64,000 nt of DNA. Source: Patescibacteria group bacterium (lineage in GTDB: Bacteria; Patescibacteriota; Patescibacteriia; JACRDY01). Location: contig JBAZFH010000003.1 of NCBI GenBank assembly GCA_041653535.1, positions 2,771-66,770 of the forward strand, read 5' to 3'. Below are positions 53,874 through 64,000 of the stretch, piece after piece. The notes beneath the pieces were generated by a model, which saw only the letters and a list, made by a program, of their open reading frames with translations, searched no databases and was not told where the DNA came from. A program made the position numbers and the translations under genes. Within the stretch, counting starts at the first letter, position 1, and each line of letters begins with the position of its first letter.

Positions 53874-54419
53874 ATGATTGAGGGTCAAGAAAACAGTTTG
53901 GTAAAAAATCTGAACGAGTTAATCGAAAAAGTCGATACTATGAAAAAGAAAGACAAACTTGATTTGTCCTCGGATCAAGATTTGTCGATAGCGATTATGA
54001 ATTTGGTTAGTATTGAAGAGCATTTCTTTTTTACCGGCGCTAAATTGGGCAAGCCGGAGTATTTTGACTTGCTGCAAGAGGTCAGGCAGATGAGAGGTGA
54101 TTTGCTGCGCAAGATTGTCAAAAATCCCGAAGGCGAACAGTGGTGTATTTCCAAACATTTGCTCGCCGCTTCGATGCGTTTGATGGAAGTCGGTACTAAA
54201 CAGCACAAGATGGGTAATAAAGACGAAGCGCTGGAATTGTTTCAAAAAGCTTACGATTTGTATTCTCTTTTTTGGGGGATTAACATGAACGTGGTTAAGA
54301 CTGATGATTTACAGAAAATTGACGGCGAAGCTCTGGATAAGCACGATAAAGAACGTAAAGGTTTTATGGGTAAACTCGGCGAACTGGTAAAAAAAGCGAT
54401 CGATTGTTGTATCGAGTAG
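53874..54419 (+). CDS. hypothetical cytoplasmic protein
   Basis: 181-aa ORF starting 4 nt after the preceding gene; no motif is recognised. Confidence 0.45.
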   Translation: MIEGQENSLVKNLNELIEKVDTMKKKDKLDLSSDQDLSIAIMNLVSIEEHFFFTGAKLGKPEYFDLLQEVRQMRGDLLRKIVKNPEGEQWCISKHLLAASMRLMEVGTKQHKMGNKDEALELFQKAYDLYSLFWGINMNVVKTDDLQKIDGEALDKHDKERKGFMGKLGELVKKAIDCCIE

Positions 54420-54427
54420 TAATATCT

Positions 54428-54622
54428 ATGGTCGATGGAACTAATAGAAAAATTATAAAACCAGGAATAAAAGTTTTGATAGTACTTAAAGAAGATCAGC
54501 CAACGGGGAAATTGACTCTTGGCGTGGTTAAAGACATTTTAACTAGTAAAACCATTCATCCTCGAGGCATTAAAGTTCGTCTGACTAACGGTTTAGTGGG
54601 TAGGGTGCAGGAAATATTATAA
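54428..54622 (+). CDS. YwbE-family small conserved protein (DUF2196-like)
   Basis: GIKVLIVLKEDQPTGKLTLGVVKDILTSKTIHPRGIKVRLTNGLVGRV matches the conserved YwbE core; the start is placed at MVDG. Confidence 0.55.
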   Translation: MVDGTNRKIIKPGIKVLIVLKEDQPTGKLTLGVVKDILTSKTIHPRGIKVRLTNGLVGRVQEIL

Positions 54623-54626
54623 ACAT

Positions 54627-54884
54627 ATGGCGGTATTATTTAAAATTTGCGGCGTTATTGGTTTAGTAGGAATTATCATCGGTGTTTTGGTGAAAAATGA
54701 AAAAAGACAAGACTGGTTTTTTGTTTTTGGCGGAGCCTTTTTACTTGCTTATAGCGGTTATTTGCGTGATGTTATATTTATTGTTTTGCAGATTGTATTT
54801 ATTTTAGTGGCGCTGGCTGAGCTGGTAAAACTCAGCCGTCATCGTGGTATTTGGAAAAGAGTAAAAGACAAAGTAAGGAGCTGA
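54627..54884 (+). CDS. small two-TM membrane protein (hypothetical)
   Basis: 85-aa ORF with two hydrophobic helices. Confidence 0.35.
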   Translation: MAVLFKICGVIGLVGIIIGVLVKNEKRQDWFFVFGGAFLLAYSGYLRDVIFIVLQIVFILVALAELVKLSRHRGIWKRVKDKVRS

Positions 54885-54911
54885 GCTTTTTTGTTTTATA
54901 ACTTATAGTGT

Positions 54912-56276
54912 ATGAAGATATCTTTTTATGGTGCTTGCGGCGAGGTAACCGGCTCTTGCTATTTAGTGCAAACTGAGCAGAGCCGTTTTTTAGTTGATTG
55001 CGGGATGTTTCAAGGGGGTAAGTTTGCAGAAGACAAAAATTTTGAACCATTCGGCTTTGATCCCAAAAGCATTGATTTTGTCGTTTTGACGCATGTTCAT
55101 ATGGATCATATTGGTCGTCTGCCCCGGCTTTATAAAGAAGGTTTTCGCGGTAAGATTTATAGCACAGAGCCAACGGCTGATTTTGCCAGGATCATGCTGT
55201 TAGACTCGGCTAGGGTGATTTTTGAAGAAGCGCTTGCCAATAACGCCCTGCCTCTTTATTTAGATAAATATGTTAATGAGTTAATGAAGCAATTTGTCGC
55301 ATTGTCGTATCGTAAACAAGAAAATATTTCCGCGGATATTAAAATAACAATGCGTGATGCCGGTCATATTTTAGGATCGGCGATTGTTGAAATAGTTGTC
55401 GCTGATAAAGCTGGCGATAAAAAAATTGTTTTCTCTGGAGATTTGGGCAATCCGCCGGCGCCTTTAGTGGAAGATACGGAATTCATCTCTGGTGCTGATT
55501 ATGTGGTTATGGAGTCGACTTATGGCGGTATTATTCATGAACCGGCAGAAATGCGTATAAAAATGCTTCATAATGCGGTTGTTGAGTCTGTGGGTAAGGG
55601 TGGAGTGCTGATGATTCCCGCTTTTGCCCTGGAACGGACGCAGGAAGTCTTGTATGAAATGAATTATTTAGTGGAAAATAAAAAAGTTCCCCCAGTGTCT
55701 ATGTTTGTTGATAGTCCATTAGCTATTTCCGCGACGGATATCTATAAAAAATATGTCGCGATGTATGATAAAGAGTCGCGAGCGTTAATTGAGGCGGGGG
55801 ATGATTTATTTAATTTTCGCGGTCTGGTTTATACAAAAACCAGAGAGGAGTCAAAGAAAATCAACCAGATATTAGCGCCAAAAATAATATTGGCCGGCAG
55901 CGGCATGTGTACCGGTGGGCGAATAGTTTATCATTTGCAGCGCTATCTGGGAAGTCCGCAAAATCATCTTTTGATTATAGGCTATCAAGTAGAAGGGTCG
56001 CTGGGTCGCAAACTTTTAGATGGAGCTAAGGTGGTGGAAATAGGTACGGAAAAAATAGAAGTTAAGGCAAAAGTGTCGGCAATTGGTGCTTATTCTTCTC
56101 ATGCCGATCAGCCAAAATTATTACACTGGGTGAAAATGATGAGCGCGCCAAAACCCAAAAAGGTATTTGTTGTTCATGGCGAGGAAAAACGCAGATCAAT
56201 GCTTGTCGACGGGTTGAGGCAGAAACTGGGAATCGACGCGGTAATGCCAAGATACGGAGAGAGTTTTGATTTATAA
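54912..56276 (+). CDS. metallo-beta-lactamase fold beta-CASP RNA-processing nuclease (CPSF/RNase J-like)
   Basis: The MBL motif HVHMDHIGRLP is preceded by ISFYGACGEVTGSCYLV, and downstream D/H motifs match the beta-CASP family; size is 454 aa. Confidence 0.8.
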   Translation: MKISFYGACGEVTGSCYLVQTEQSRFLVDCGMFQGGKFAEDKNFEPFGFDPKSIDFVVLTHVHMDHIGRLPRLYKEGFRGKIYSTEPTADFARIMLLDSARVIFEEALANNALPLYLDKYVNELMKQFVALSYRKQENISADIKITMRDAGHILGSAIVEIVVADKAGDKKIVFSGDLGNPPAPLVEDTEFISGADYVVMESTYGGIIHEPAEMRIKMLHNAVVESVGKGGVLMIPAFALERTQEVLYEMNYLVENKKVPPVSMFVDSPLAISATDIYKKYVAMYDKESRALIEAGDDLFNFRGLVYTKTREESKKINQILAPKIILAGSGMCTGGRIVYHLQRYLGSPQNHLLIIGYQVEGSLGRKLLDGAKVVEIGTEKIEVKAKVSAIGAYSSHADQPKLLHWVKMMSAPKPKKVFVVHGEEKRRSMLVDGLRQKLGIDAVMPRYGESFDL

Positions 56277-56282
56277 TTTTTT

Positions 56283-57464
56283 ATGCGTCAAGCTTTTATC
56301 ATTCACTATAACGAGATTGCCCTCAAGGGCGGCAATCGTGATTATTTTGAAAAAAAATTAATTACTAATATCAAAAGGTCTTTAACCGAGGTCGGGGATG
56401 TTAAAATCAAAAAACTTTACGGTCGGATTTTGGTACTTTTTGGCGGTGAAATAAACGGAGAAGTTATTGCTCGAAAGTTATCTCAAATTTTTGGCATTGC
56501 CAATTACGGGTCAGTATTTATTTCCGATGTTAGTCTTAAACTGGGTAAAGACGTTATTGAGCCGTTAGCCAAAGAAATTATAATTTTAATCAAAGACAAG
56601 CAGTTTGAAAATTTTGCCGTAACGGTCAAACGAGGAGATAAAAAATTTCCTTTGCACTCGCCACAAGTCGAAAAAGAAATCGGCGGATATATTTATGAAC
56701 AAATGCAAAGAGAAAAAAGGGTTAAGCTTAAAAATCCCGAGTTAGAAATTTTTATTGAGATTGTTGAAAAAGATATTTTTATTTATTTTGATAAAATTTC
56801 CGGTGCTGGCGGATTGCCGGCTGGATCAAGCGGCAGAGGGCTGTGTTTGATATCTTCCGGGTTTGATTCTCCGGTCGCCGCTTACAAAATGGCTAGGCGC
56901 GGAGTGATTGTAGATTTTTTGCACTTTCACAGCTATCCCCATACCAGTCGCGCTTCTTTGGATAATGTTAAACGTATCGTCGAAGTTTTAAATAGTTATC
57001 AATATGACGGTCGGTTGTTTACCTCTGCTTTCGGTGATTTTCAGAAAAAAGTAGTGATGTCTGCGCCGGCTAAACTACGGGTAGTACTTTATCGTCGGAT
57101 GATGTTGCGAGTGGCGCAAGAACTTGCTCGTAAGCTAAAAATAAAAATATTAATTACCGGTGATAGTGTTGGTCAGGTGGCATCTCAGACGATAGATAAT
57201 ATTACGGCTGTTTCTGCTGCGGTTGATATGCCGATATTGCGACCACTCTGCGGAGACGATAAGCAAGATATCGTTAATTTGGCAGTCAAGATAGGCACTC
57301 ATGATATTTCCGCTCAGCCGTATGATGACTGCTGTTCGATGTTTGTACCGCCAAATCCCGAGACTCACGCGCGAATAGCAGAAGTTGAGGCGGCGGAAAA
57401 AGGGCTGGAGATAGAGAAATTAACAAAAGATATTGTCGATAATATCAAAGAAGAAAAAATATAA
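56283..57464 (+). CDS. thiI: tRNA 4-thiouridine(8) synthase ThiI
   Basis: N-terminal ferredoxin-like/THUMP region and the PP-loop SGGxDS (LISSGFDSPVAAY); size is 393 aa. Confidence 0.9.
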   Translation: MRQAFIIHYNEIALKGGNRDYFEKKLITNIKRSLTEVGDVKIKKLYGRILVLFGGEINGEVIARKLSQIFGIANYGSVFISDVSLKLGKDVIEPLAKEIIILIKDKQFENFAVTVKRGDKKFPLHSPQVEKEIGGYIYEQMQREKRVKLKNPELEIFIEIVEKDIFIYFDKISGAGGLPAGSSGRGLCLISSGFDSPVAAYKMARRGVIVDFLHFHSYPHTSRASLDNVKRIVEVLNSYQYDGRLFTSAFGDFQKKVVMSAPAKLRVVLYRRMMLRVAQELARKLKIKILITGDSVGQVASQTIDNITAVSAAVDMPILRPLCGDDKQDIVNLAVKIGTHDISAQPYDDCCSMFVPPNPETHARIAEVEAAEKGLEIEKLTKDIVDNIKEEKI

Positions 57465-57471
57465 AAATAAA

Positions 57472-57499
57472 AAAGGTAACGACGGCACGTTACCTTTTT
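57472..57499 (+). terminator. rho-independent terminator after thiI
   Basis: aaggtaacgACGGCAcgttacctttttg: a 9-bp stem followed by a T-run. Confidence 0.75.
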
Positions 57500-57504
57500 G
57501 ATGT

Positions 57505-58191
57505 TTAGGCGGTGATTTTTTTGACGATGGTCGATCCTTCCTTAAGCGGAGTAAAATACAGAGCAATGTTCCAGCGACGGCAGTTTTCTGCTAGAGCATC
57601 AAATTGAACAGCGTCATGATGTCTGTCGTTGGTCCAAATACGGGTTTGCAAATCTTTATCCCATGCTTTTTCCACCAATCCAACTGCTGTTTTACTAAAT
57701 TTTGGCGTCAATGAAGTCCTGATTATCAAAAATAAAGCATTGGCATTAGCCAAGATTTTGAATTTAGGAAGTATCGGGGCGTCTTTGTCTAGCAGTTGGA
57801 TGATGTCTTGCGGGCTAAAAGGCTTGAAGTCCATATGGGTGTGAATATTTCCGATTGATTGACGTTTGTGGTTGTTCGCCTGTATTATTATTTCTTCAAT
57901 TACAGTTAGTCCCGACAGACTATCTTGATACCACGAAAGGGAAACTTCTCTTTCCGATCCCAGGGTGTCTTGATTGTCAATTAGTATTTTTCGTTGCAAA
58001 AAATTTCCACCGATATGTATTACCCTGCCTCTTTCGCGGTGGTCTGTTTTTTGTTGTCGCCAGGACATTTCTTGGGCAATTTGACCAATCAGACCAAGGT
58101 TGATTTGTCCGGGCAGCGTTTCAACGTTTTTGGGAATCTTTTTACCCCTTAGGTCTTTTAAAAATTTAATGAACTGTTCATATGACCACAT
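57505..58191 (-). CDS. hypothetical protein with JAMM-like HxHx6SxxD motif (possible JAB/MPN-type metallopeptidase); perfect SD
   Basis: The track ORF begins at a TTG inside the gyrB terminator hairpin, so I place the start at the ATG (MWSYEQF...), which is preceded by AAGGAGG and a 5-nt spacer. The motif GNIHTHMDFKPFSPQD sits ~70 aa after ERGRVIHIGG. Confidence 0.5.
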   Translation of the reverse strand: MWSYEQFIKFLKDLRGKKIPKNVETLPGQINLGLIGQIAQEMSWRQQKTDHRERGRVIHIGGNFLQRKILIDNQDTLGSEREVSLSWYQDSLSGLTVIEEIIIQANNHKRQSIGNIHTHMDFKPFSPQDIIQLLDKDAPILPKFKILANANALFLIIRTSLTPKFSKTAVGLVEKAWDKDLQTRIWTNDRHHDAVQFDALAENCRRWNIALYFTPLKEGSTIVKKITA

Positions 58192-58235
58192 TACGTCCTC
58201 CTTGTAATGTTTTTGTTGATTTTTAAAGTTATCAA

Positions 58236-58271
58236 AAAAGACCGATTTGGTCAAATCGTCGGTCTTTTTTT
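58236..58271 (-). terminator. rho-independent terminator downstream of gyrB (minus strand)
   Basis: aagaccgatttgGTCAaatcg(tc)ggtctttttt: a long imperfect hairpin with T-runs on both strands. Confidence 0.65.
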
Positions 58272-58294
58272 AGATAGGCAGATTTTTAATATTT

Positions 58295-60418
<2,124 letters not shown>

Positions 60419-60727
60419 TTATTAAAAATTACGTTATTATTTTAGCATAATTTTATCCTTTTTTCCACTTTTTATGGTGTTTTAATTTATCTAAATTTAG
60501 ACGAAAAAACAGTGTGGATAAGATGGTATTAATAGTTGGTTAAACAATAGTCGTTTGCAGTGATTCAATTCAAGTGACAGACGGGGGTAAACAAACATTT
60601 TAACAAGTTAAGCACTTTACGGGAATAAAGTTTTATACTATATTTTAGTATTACCCATGTTGGGTAAACCCGGGCCTCGGGGAGGGGCAAAATTTCGGGC
60701 AACGAGCCTGAAAAAGGAGGAATGATT

Positions 60728-61672
60728 ATGGGTTCTTTAAAAAGAGTTAAAAGTTTTGATGATCTTACACACAAGCAATGGATTGCCTTGGGTACTAAGA
60801 TGGGTGGAGTGCAAAAAGTGATTGCCGTTCTTCAAGGTGATAAAAATGTTATTCTTGAAGATATTTGTGTGCTCGTGGATAAGAACGGTCGTTGCATTCC
60901 CCAGCGGGGAGTAGTAACCGCGAACGTCTGCGATCCGAGCGCTGATTATCGCTTTGAAGGTTTGACTGGCTATGTGAATTACGCAACTATTATTCTGATG
61001 TGGGAAGCGCTTTTTGAGCAGAAGGCTGGGATGACTCCGGTCGAGTTTGAACAACGCATTGAGGCAATCAAGCAGCGGGTTGCGACCTGGTCAATGGCGA
61101 GCAAACCGCAGATCGCGAATTTATTTGCCGGTCCGCACTTTCCAATAATTTTGCCGCAGTTGCCGGCTGGTGACCACGGCATTATCATCAGAAACCACAT
61201 TTTACCGGTAGTGGAGCGCGCGTATTTAATGGCGTTCCACAACGGAGAATTTACCAGTAACCGGCATGAAGACCTCGCGGAAAACACGAAGATCGTGGAC
61301 GAACGGCACGCGAAACTGGTCGCCGATTTGGAGCAAGGCCCGATCCCGGGCATCATGTGCTATCCGCTTCAGGGCTTCGATATTATTGCCCAGCAGCAGA
61401 TGGCAGCTTTAATGCCGGATTTTATTTCGTTGGCAGGCGCCATTGAGCCGGGTGTGACCCTGGCTCTGTATCCAAAGCTTCTGGCTGGAGCTAAAACGCC
61501 CAACCAGGATTGCTCCGCGATTAGATGGCAGCCTGGTTTATTAGATCCTTCAACGCTCTTATACATCAGTCGTAGCTATCCCGATGGTGACGATGAATGC
61601 TCTTTTGATGGTCCATACAATCTTAATGATGTTTATGGTCACCATTCAGGTGGGTTCTTCGTCCGTGGATAG
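60728..61672 (+). CDS. hypothetical protein encoded by a GC-rich (about 50-55% by eye) gene with consensus Shine-Dalgarno; probable horizontally acquired cassette
   Basis: AAGGAGG at 60714-60720 lies 7 nt before the ATG at 60728. Codon usage is GC-rich (gcg/ccg/cgc) unlike its neighbours, and spurious antisense ORFs appear, as expected for GC-rich DNA. No motif is recognised. Confidence 0.6.
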   Translation: MGSLKRVKSFDDLTHKQWIALGTKMGGVQKVIAVLQGDKNVILEDICVLVDKNGRCIPQRGVVTANVCDPSADYRFEGLTGYVNYATIILMWEALFEQKAGMTPVEFEQRIEAIKQRVATWSMASKPQIANLFAGPHFPIILPQLPAGDHGIIIRNHILPVVERAYLMAFHNGEFTSNRHEDLAENTKIVDERHAKLVADLEQGPIPGIMCYPLQGFDIIAQQQMAALMPDFISLAGAIEPGVTLALYPKLLAGAKTPNQDCSAIRWQPGLLDPSTLLYISRSYPDGDDECSFDGPYNLNDVYGHHSGGFFVRG

Positions 61673-61733
61673 TATTGGTTTTTGACTTTACGTTCGCCTG
61701 CTTGGTGAACGGTCGCCACAAAAACGGTAATTC

Positions 61734-61763
61734 GGGGGCGTATTCGTACGCTCCCTTTTCTTT
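61734..61763 (+). terminator. strong GC-rich rho-independent terminator after the GC-rich gene
   Basis: gggggcgtaTTCgtacgctccc followed by ttttctttta. Confidence 0.7.
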
Positions 61764-61872
61764 TATAAAAAATTAATACACTTAAAATCGCCAGCAGATA
61801 AATTATAAGCGAATCAACCGCAATTTTAGCTTTAATAAATTTTATGTTATAATTTAGGTATTAATCTATTTT

Positions 61873-62769
61873 ATGAATATATCCAACCAGCAGATTAATG
61901 ATTTTACGGAAAAAGAGCTGAAAATAAGCTATTGGTATGTCGCTCATCAGGCGCAAATGTTGGCGATTGTTAAAATCCTCCTCATTGCTTTATGCGTTAT
62001 TTTTTGGGGTTATGTTTTTTATGGAACGATTAATTATTTTTTTATAGATCAAGTCAGGTTTGATCGGGCAATGTCGCAGCTGACTGCCGGTTACGGTACG
62101 GCGCGACTGCAGGATTTTTGGCGTCCCGTCCAACTAGAGTTGTCCGATATTAAAGTAATGTCGTCCGGCGCTAATCGTTATGATTTTCTTGTTTTTGCTT
62201 TTAACGCCAATAAAAATTGGGCGGTAGCATCAATAAAATATTATTTTACTTACAACGGACAGCAAGAGGCGGGGATAGAGCCGAAAATTTACGAAGCCTT
62301 TATTTTGCCCGGGCAGGAAAAATATTTATTTGATTTTGGAGTTGAGTTTTCCGCTCGTCCTACTAATGTTGGTTTTGAAGTAGTGAGTATTGGTTGGAAA
62401 CATATTTCCAATTTTGAACAGTTAGCTGCCGAAAAATCGTTGTTTACGGTAAGTGATATACAATTTGTTGAGCCGAGCAATACTGACTCCGGGATTAACA
62501 TATCAAAGACAAAATTTAAGGTACGCAATGACTCGGTTTTTAATTATTGGGAAATGGGTTTTTATATTTTACTTTATCGGGGCAGCGATTTGGCGGCGAT
62601 AAATTATGTTGTTTTGCCGGGTTTGGCGTCTGGCGAAAGTCGGGAGGCGGAAACCTTGTGGTATCAAAATTTATCCACTCCGTCGAAGACAGAGGTGATT
62701 CCAGATGTTGATATTTTAAATGAAAAAGTTTTTCGTCAAATAGAGGGCGGATCCGGCGAGAAAAAATAA
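61873..62769 (+). CDS. membrane-anchored hypothetical protein (N-terminal TM hairpin, extracytoplasmic domain)
   Basis: 298-aa ORF with a hydrophobic segment MLAIVKILLIALCVIFWGYVFYG, immediately upstream of the rodA-like gene. Confidence 0.45.
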   Translation: MNISNQQINDFTEKELKISYWYVAHQAQMLAIVKILLIALCVIFWGYVFYGTINYFFIDQVRFDRAMSQLTAGYGTARLQDFWRPVQLELSDIKVMSSGANRYDFLVFAFNANKNWAVASIKYYFTYNGQQEAGIEPKIYEAFILPGQEKYLFDFGVEFSARPTNVGFEVVSIGWKHISNFEQLAAEKSLFTVSDIQFVEPSNTDSGINISKTKFKVRNDSVFNYWEMGFYILLYRGSDLAAINYVVLPGLASGESREAETLWYQNLSTPSKTEVIPDVDILNEKVFRQIEGGSGEKK

Positions 62770-62772
62770 AAT

Positions 62773-63864
62773 ATGATTAATTTTTTTTCCAGACCCCGAG
62801 GTTTTGATTGGGTGCTTGCATTAAGCACTTTTTTGCTAATTTGTTTTGGCTTGGTGGCTATATACGGCGTAACTCTGGCGGGTGAAACGCCAAATTGGGA
62901 TTTACTGACTAAACAGCTCGTGGCTTTTGGATTAGGTTTGATTTTATTTTTCATTTTTTCCAGTATTGATTATCAGATCTTGAAGAGCTATGCCCGATAT
63001 TTTTATGTTTTTGGGCTGATATTAATGGCTGCCGTATTGCTTTTTGGTTCCACGATCCGCGGTACTAAAGGTTGGTTCTCTTTCGGAGTTTTAAATTTTC
63101 AGCCGGTGGAGCTGGTAAAAATAGCTGTAATTGTCATACTGGCTTATTATTTTTCTCACCGACCGCGACCGTTAAATCAATTTAAGTATTTTTTTGTCAG
63201 TGGTTTGATTGTTTTGGTACCATTTGTTCTGACTATGTTGCAGCCAGACTTTGGTTCGGCTTTAATTTTATTTTTTATTTGGTTAGGATTGATTTTTTTG
63301 ATCGGTCCGCGCAAATATCAATGGCTTATTTTTATTATCGGCGGGCTGTTAACATTTGTCGTTTTGTGGGATTTTGTTTTTTTAGATTATCAAAAAGACC
63401 GCCTGACTACTTTTCTCAATCCGGCGGCAGATCCTTTGGGGTCGGGCTACAACGTTACCCAGTCGATGATCGCCATCGGTTCCGGTGGTTGGACTGGTAT
63501 GGGAATTTCTTTTGGTTCTCAGTCGCAGCTGAAATTTTTGCCTGAGGCGCAAACCGATTTTGTCTTTGCGGTTATTGCCGAAGAACTGGGTTTACTAGGC
63601 GTGATATTTTTACTCACGATATTTTTATTTTTGTTTTATCGTTTGGGTCAGATCGCTAAAAAATGCCGTGACGATTTTGCTTTGTTTTTAATTTTGGGAA
63701 TCATGGTTTTACTTTTTATTCAAATGATCATGAATATTGGAATGAACCTGGGTATCGCGCCGGTTACCGGCGTTACGCTACCTTTGGTTAGCTACGGCGG
63801 CAGTTCTTTGATTTTTACTTTAATGTTGTTAGGGATAGCAGAAAGCGTGAAAATAAGAAGTTAG
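62773..63864 (+). CDS. rodA: SEDS-family peptidoglycan polymerase (RodA-like; second FtsW/RodA paralogue in window)
   Basis: A 10-TM SEDS pattern (...IGSGGWTGMGISFGSQSQLKFLPE...) outside the mur/fts cluster. Confidence 0.8.
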   Translation: MINFFSRPRGFDWVLALSTFLLICFGLVAIYGVTLAGETPNWDLLTKQLVAFGLGLILFFIFSSIDYQILKSYARYFYVFGLILMAAVLLFGSTIRGTKGWFSFGVLNFQPVELVKIAVIVILAYYFSHRPRPLNQFKYFFVSGLIVLVPFVLTMLQPDFGSALILFFIWLGLIFLIGPRKYQWLIFIIGGLLTFVVLWDFVFLDYQKDRLTTFLNPAADPLGSGYNVTQSMIAIGSGGWTGMGISFGSQSQLKFLPEAQTDFVFAVIAEELGLLGVIFLLTIFLFLFYRLGQIAKKCRDDFALFLILGIMVLLFIQMIMNIGMNLGIAPVTGVTLPLVSYGGSSLIFTLMLLGIAESVKIRS

Positions 63865-64000
63865 GATAAGATGCTGAGGCTAAAAATAACAATTTAAAAA
63901 TTTTGGTTTGACTGTAAGGAACTAAAATGATATAATTAAAGTATAGAAAATAATTTATTTAGAGATATGTTACCAAATAATTCACATCGTCGGTTGCCGC

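Noticed and set aside
58192-58254. Track N-terminus (MTKSVFFDNFKNQQKHYKEDV) of the 57505.. minus-strand gene
   Set aside because: It starts at a TTG located inside the gyrB terminator hairpin. A downstream ATG with a perfect AAGGAGG SD is far more plausible.
60737-61566. Minus-strand ORFs of 65-125 aa inside the GC-rich gene
   Set aside because: Antisense ORFs are expected by chance in GC-rich DNA, and the sense frame has the SD and terminator.

Overview
The window is a low-GC (roughly 40%) bacterial chromosome segment read in the standard genetic code (TGA is a stop; ORFs run uninterrupted). By inference from composition, gene content and translation signals, it resembles a streamlined, possibly episymbiotic bacterium of the Candidate Phyla Radiation/Patescibacteria type. 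I could not run any searches, so all product calls rest on sequence motifs I recognise.

**Housekeeping content is dense and mostly on the + strand:**
- Division and cell wall: ybeY-ftsA-ftsZ; mraY-murD-ftsW-murG; murA; ftsB-like; rlpA-like-ftsE-ftsX; and a second SEDS gene (rodA-like).
- Fe-S cluster assembly: rrf2(iscR-like)-iscU-nfu-iscS.
- Other core genes: pyrG, rplI, rpmA, ctpA, thiI, gyrB, a beta-CASP RNase and a P-type ATPase.

**Less ordinary regions:**
- 1-13.9 kb, cell-surface module:
  - It opens with a giant protein of about 3,500 aa.
  - Its N-terminus looks like a conjugative (TrbC/VirB2-type) pilin membrane hairpin.
  - The rest carries IPT/TIG repeats, Myxococcus-type Cys-rich repeats, an embedded pseudopilin-like segment, thrombospondin type 3 (TSP3) repeats and a C-terminal vWA domain.
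  - A Cys-pair lipoprotein and two paralogous Ca-repeat membrane proteins follow, all downstream of the 3' end of another large Cys-rich secreted protein.
- 16.9-26.8 kb, envelope glycoconjugate locus:
  - It starts with two divergently transcribed GT-C-like polytopic membrane proteins.
  - A contiguous run rmlC - CDP-alcohol phosphatidyltransferase - GT-B glycosyltransferase - rmlB - DagK-like lipid kinase - rmlA follows, with no rmlD in the window.
- Two tRNA loci carry scars: a tRNA-Lys gene preceded by a degenerate tRNA copy and a tiny GIY-YIG nuclease gene, and a tRNA-Thr/tRNA-Gly pair with a CCA-bearing 59-nt tRNA 3' remnant abutting tRNA-Thr.
- A GC-rich hypothetical gene at about 60.7-61.8 kb has its own perfect Shine-Dalgarno and a strong terminator, and is likely horizontally acquired.
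- Most native genes lack a Shine-Dalgarno and sit a few nt downstream of TATAAT boxes (leaderless-like).

No CRISPR array, transposase or integrase was seen.
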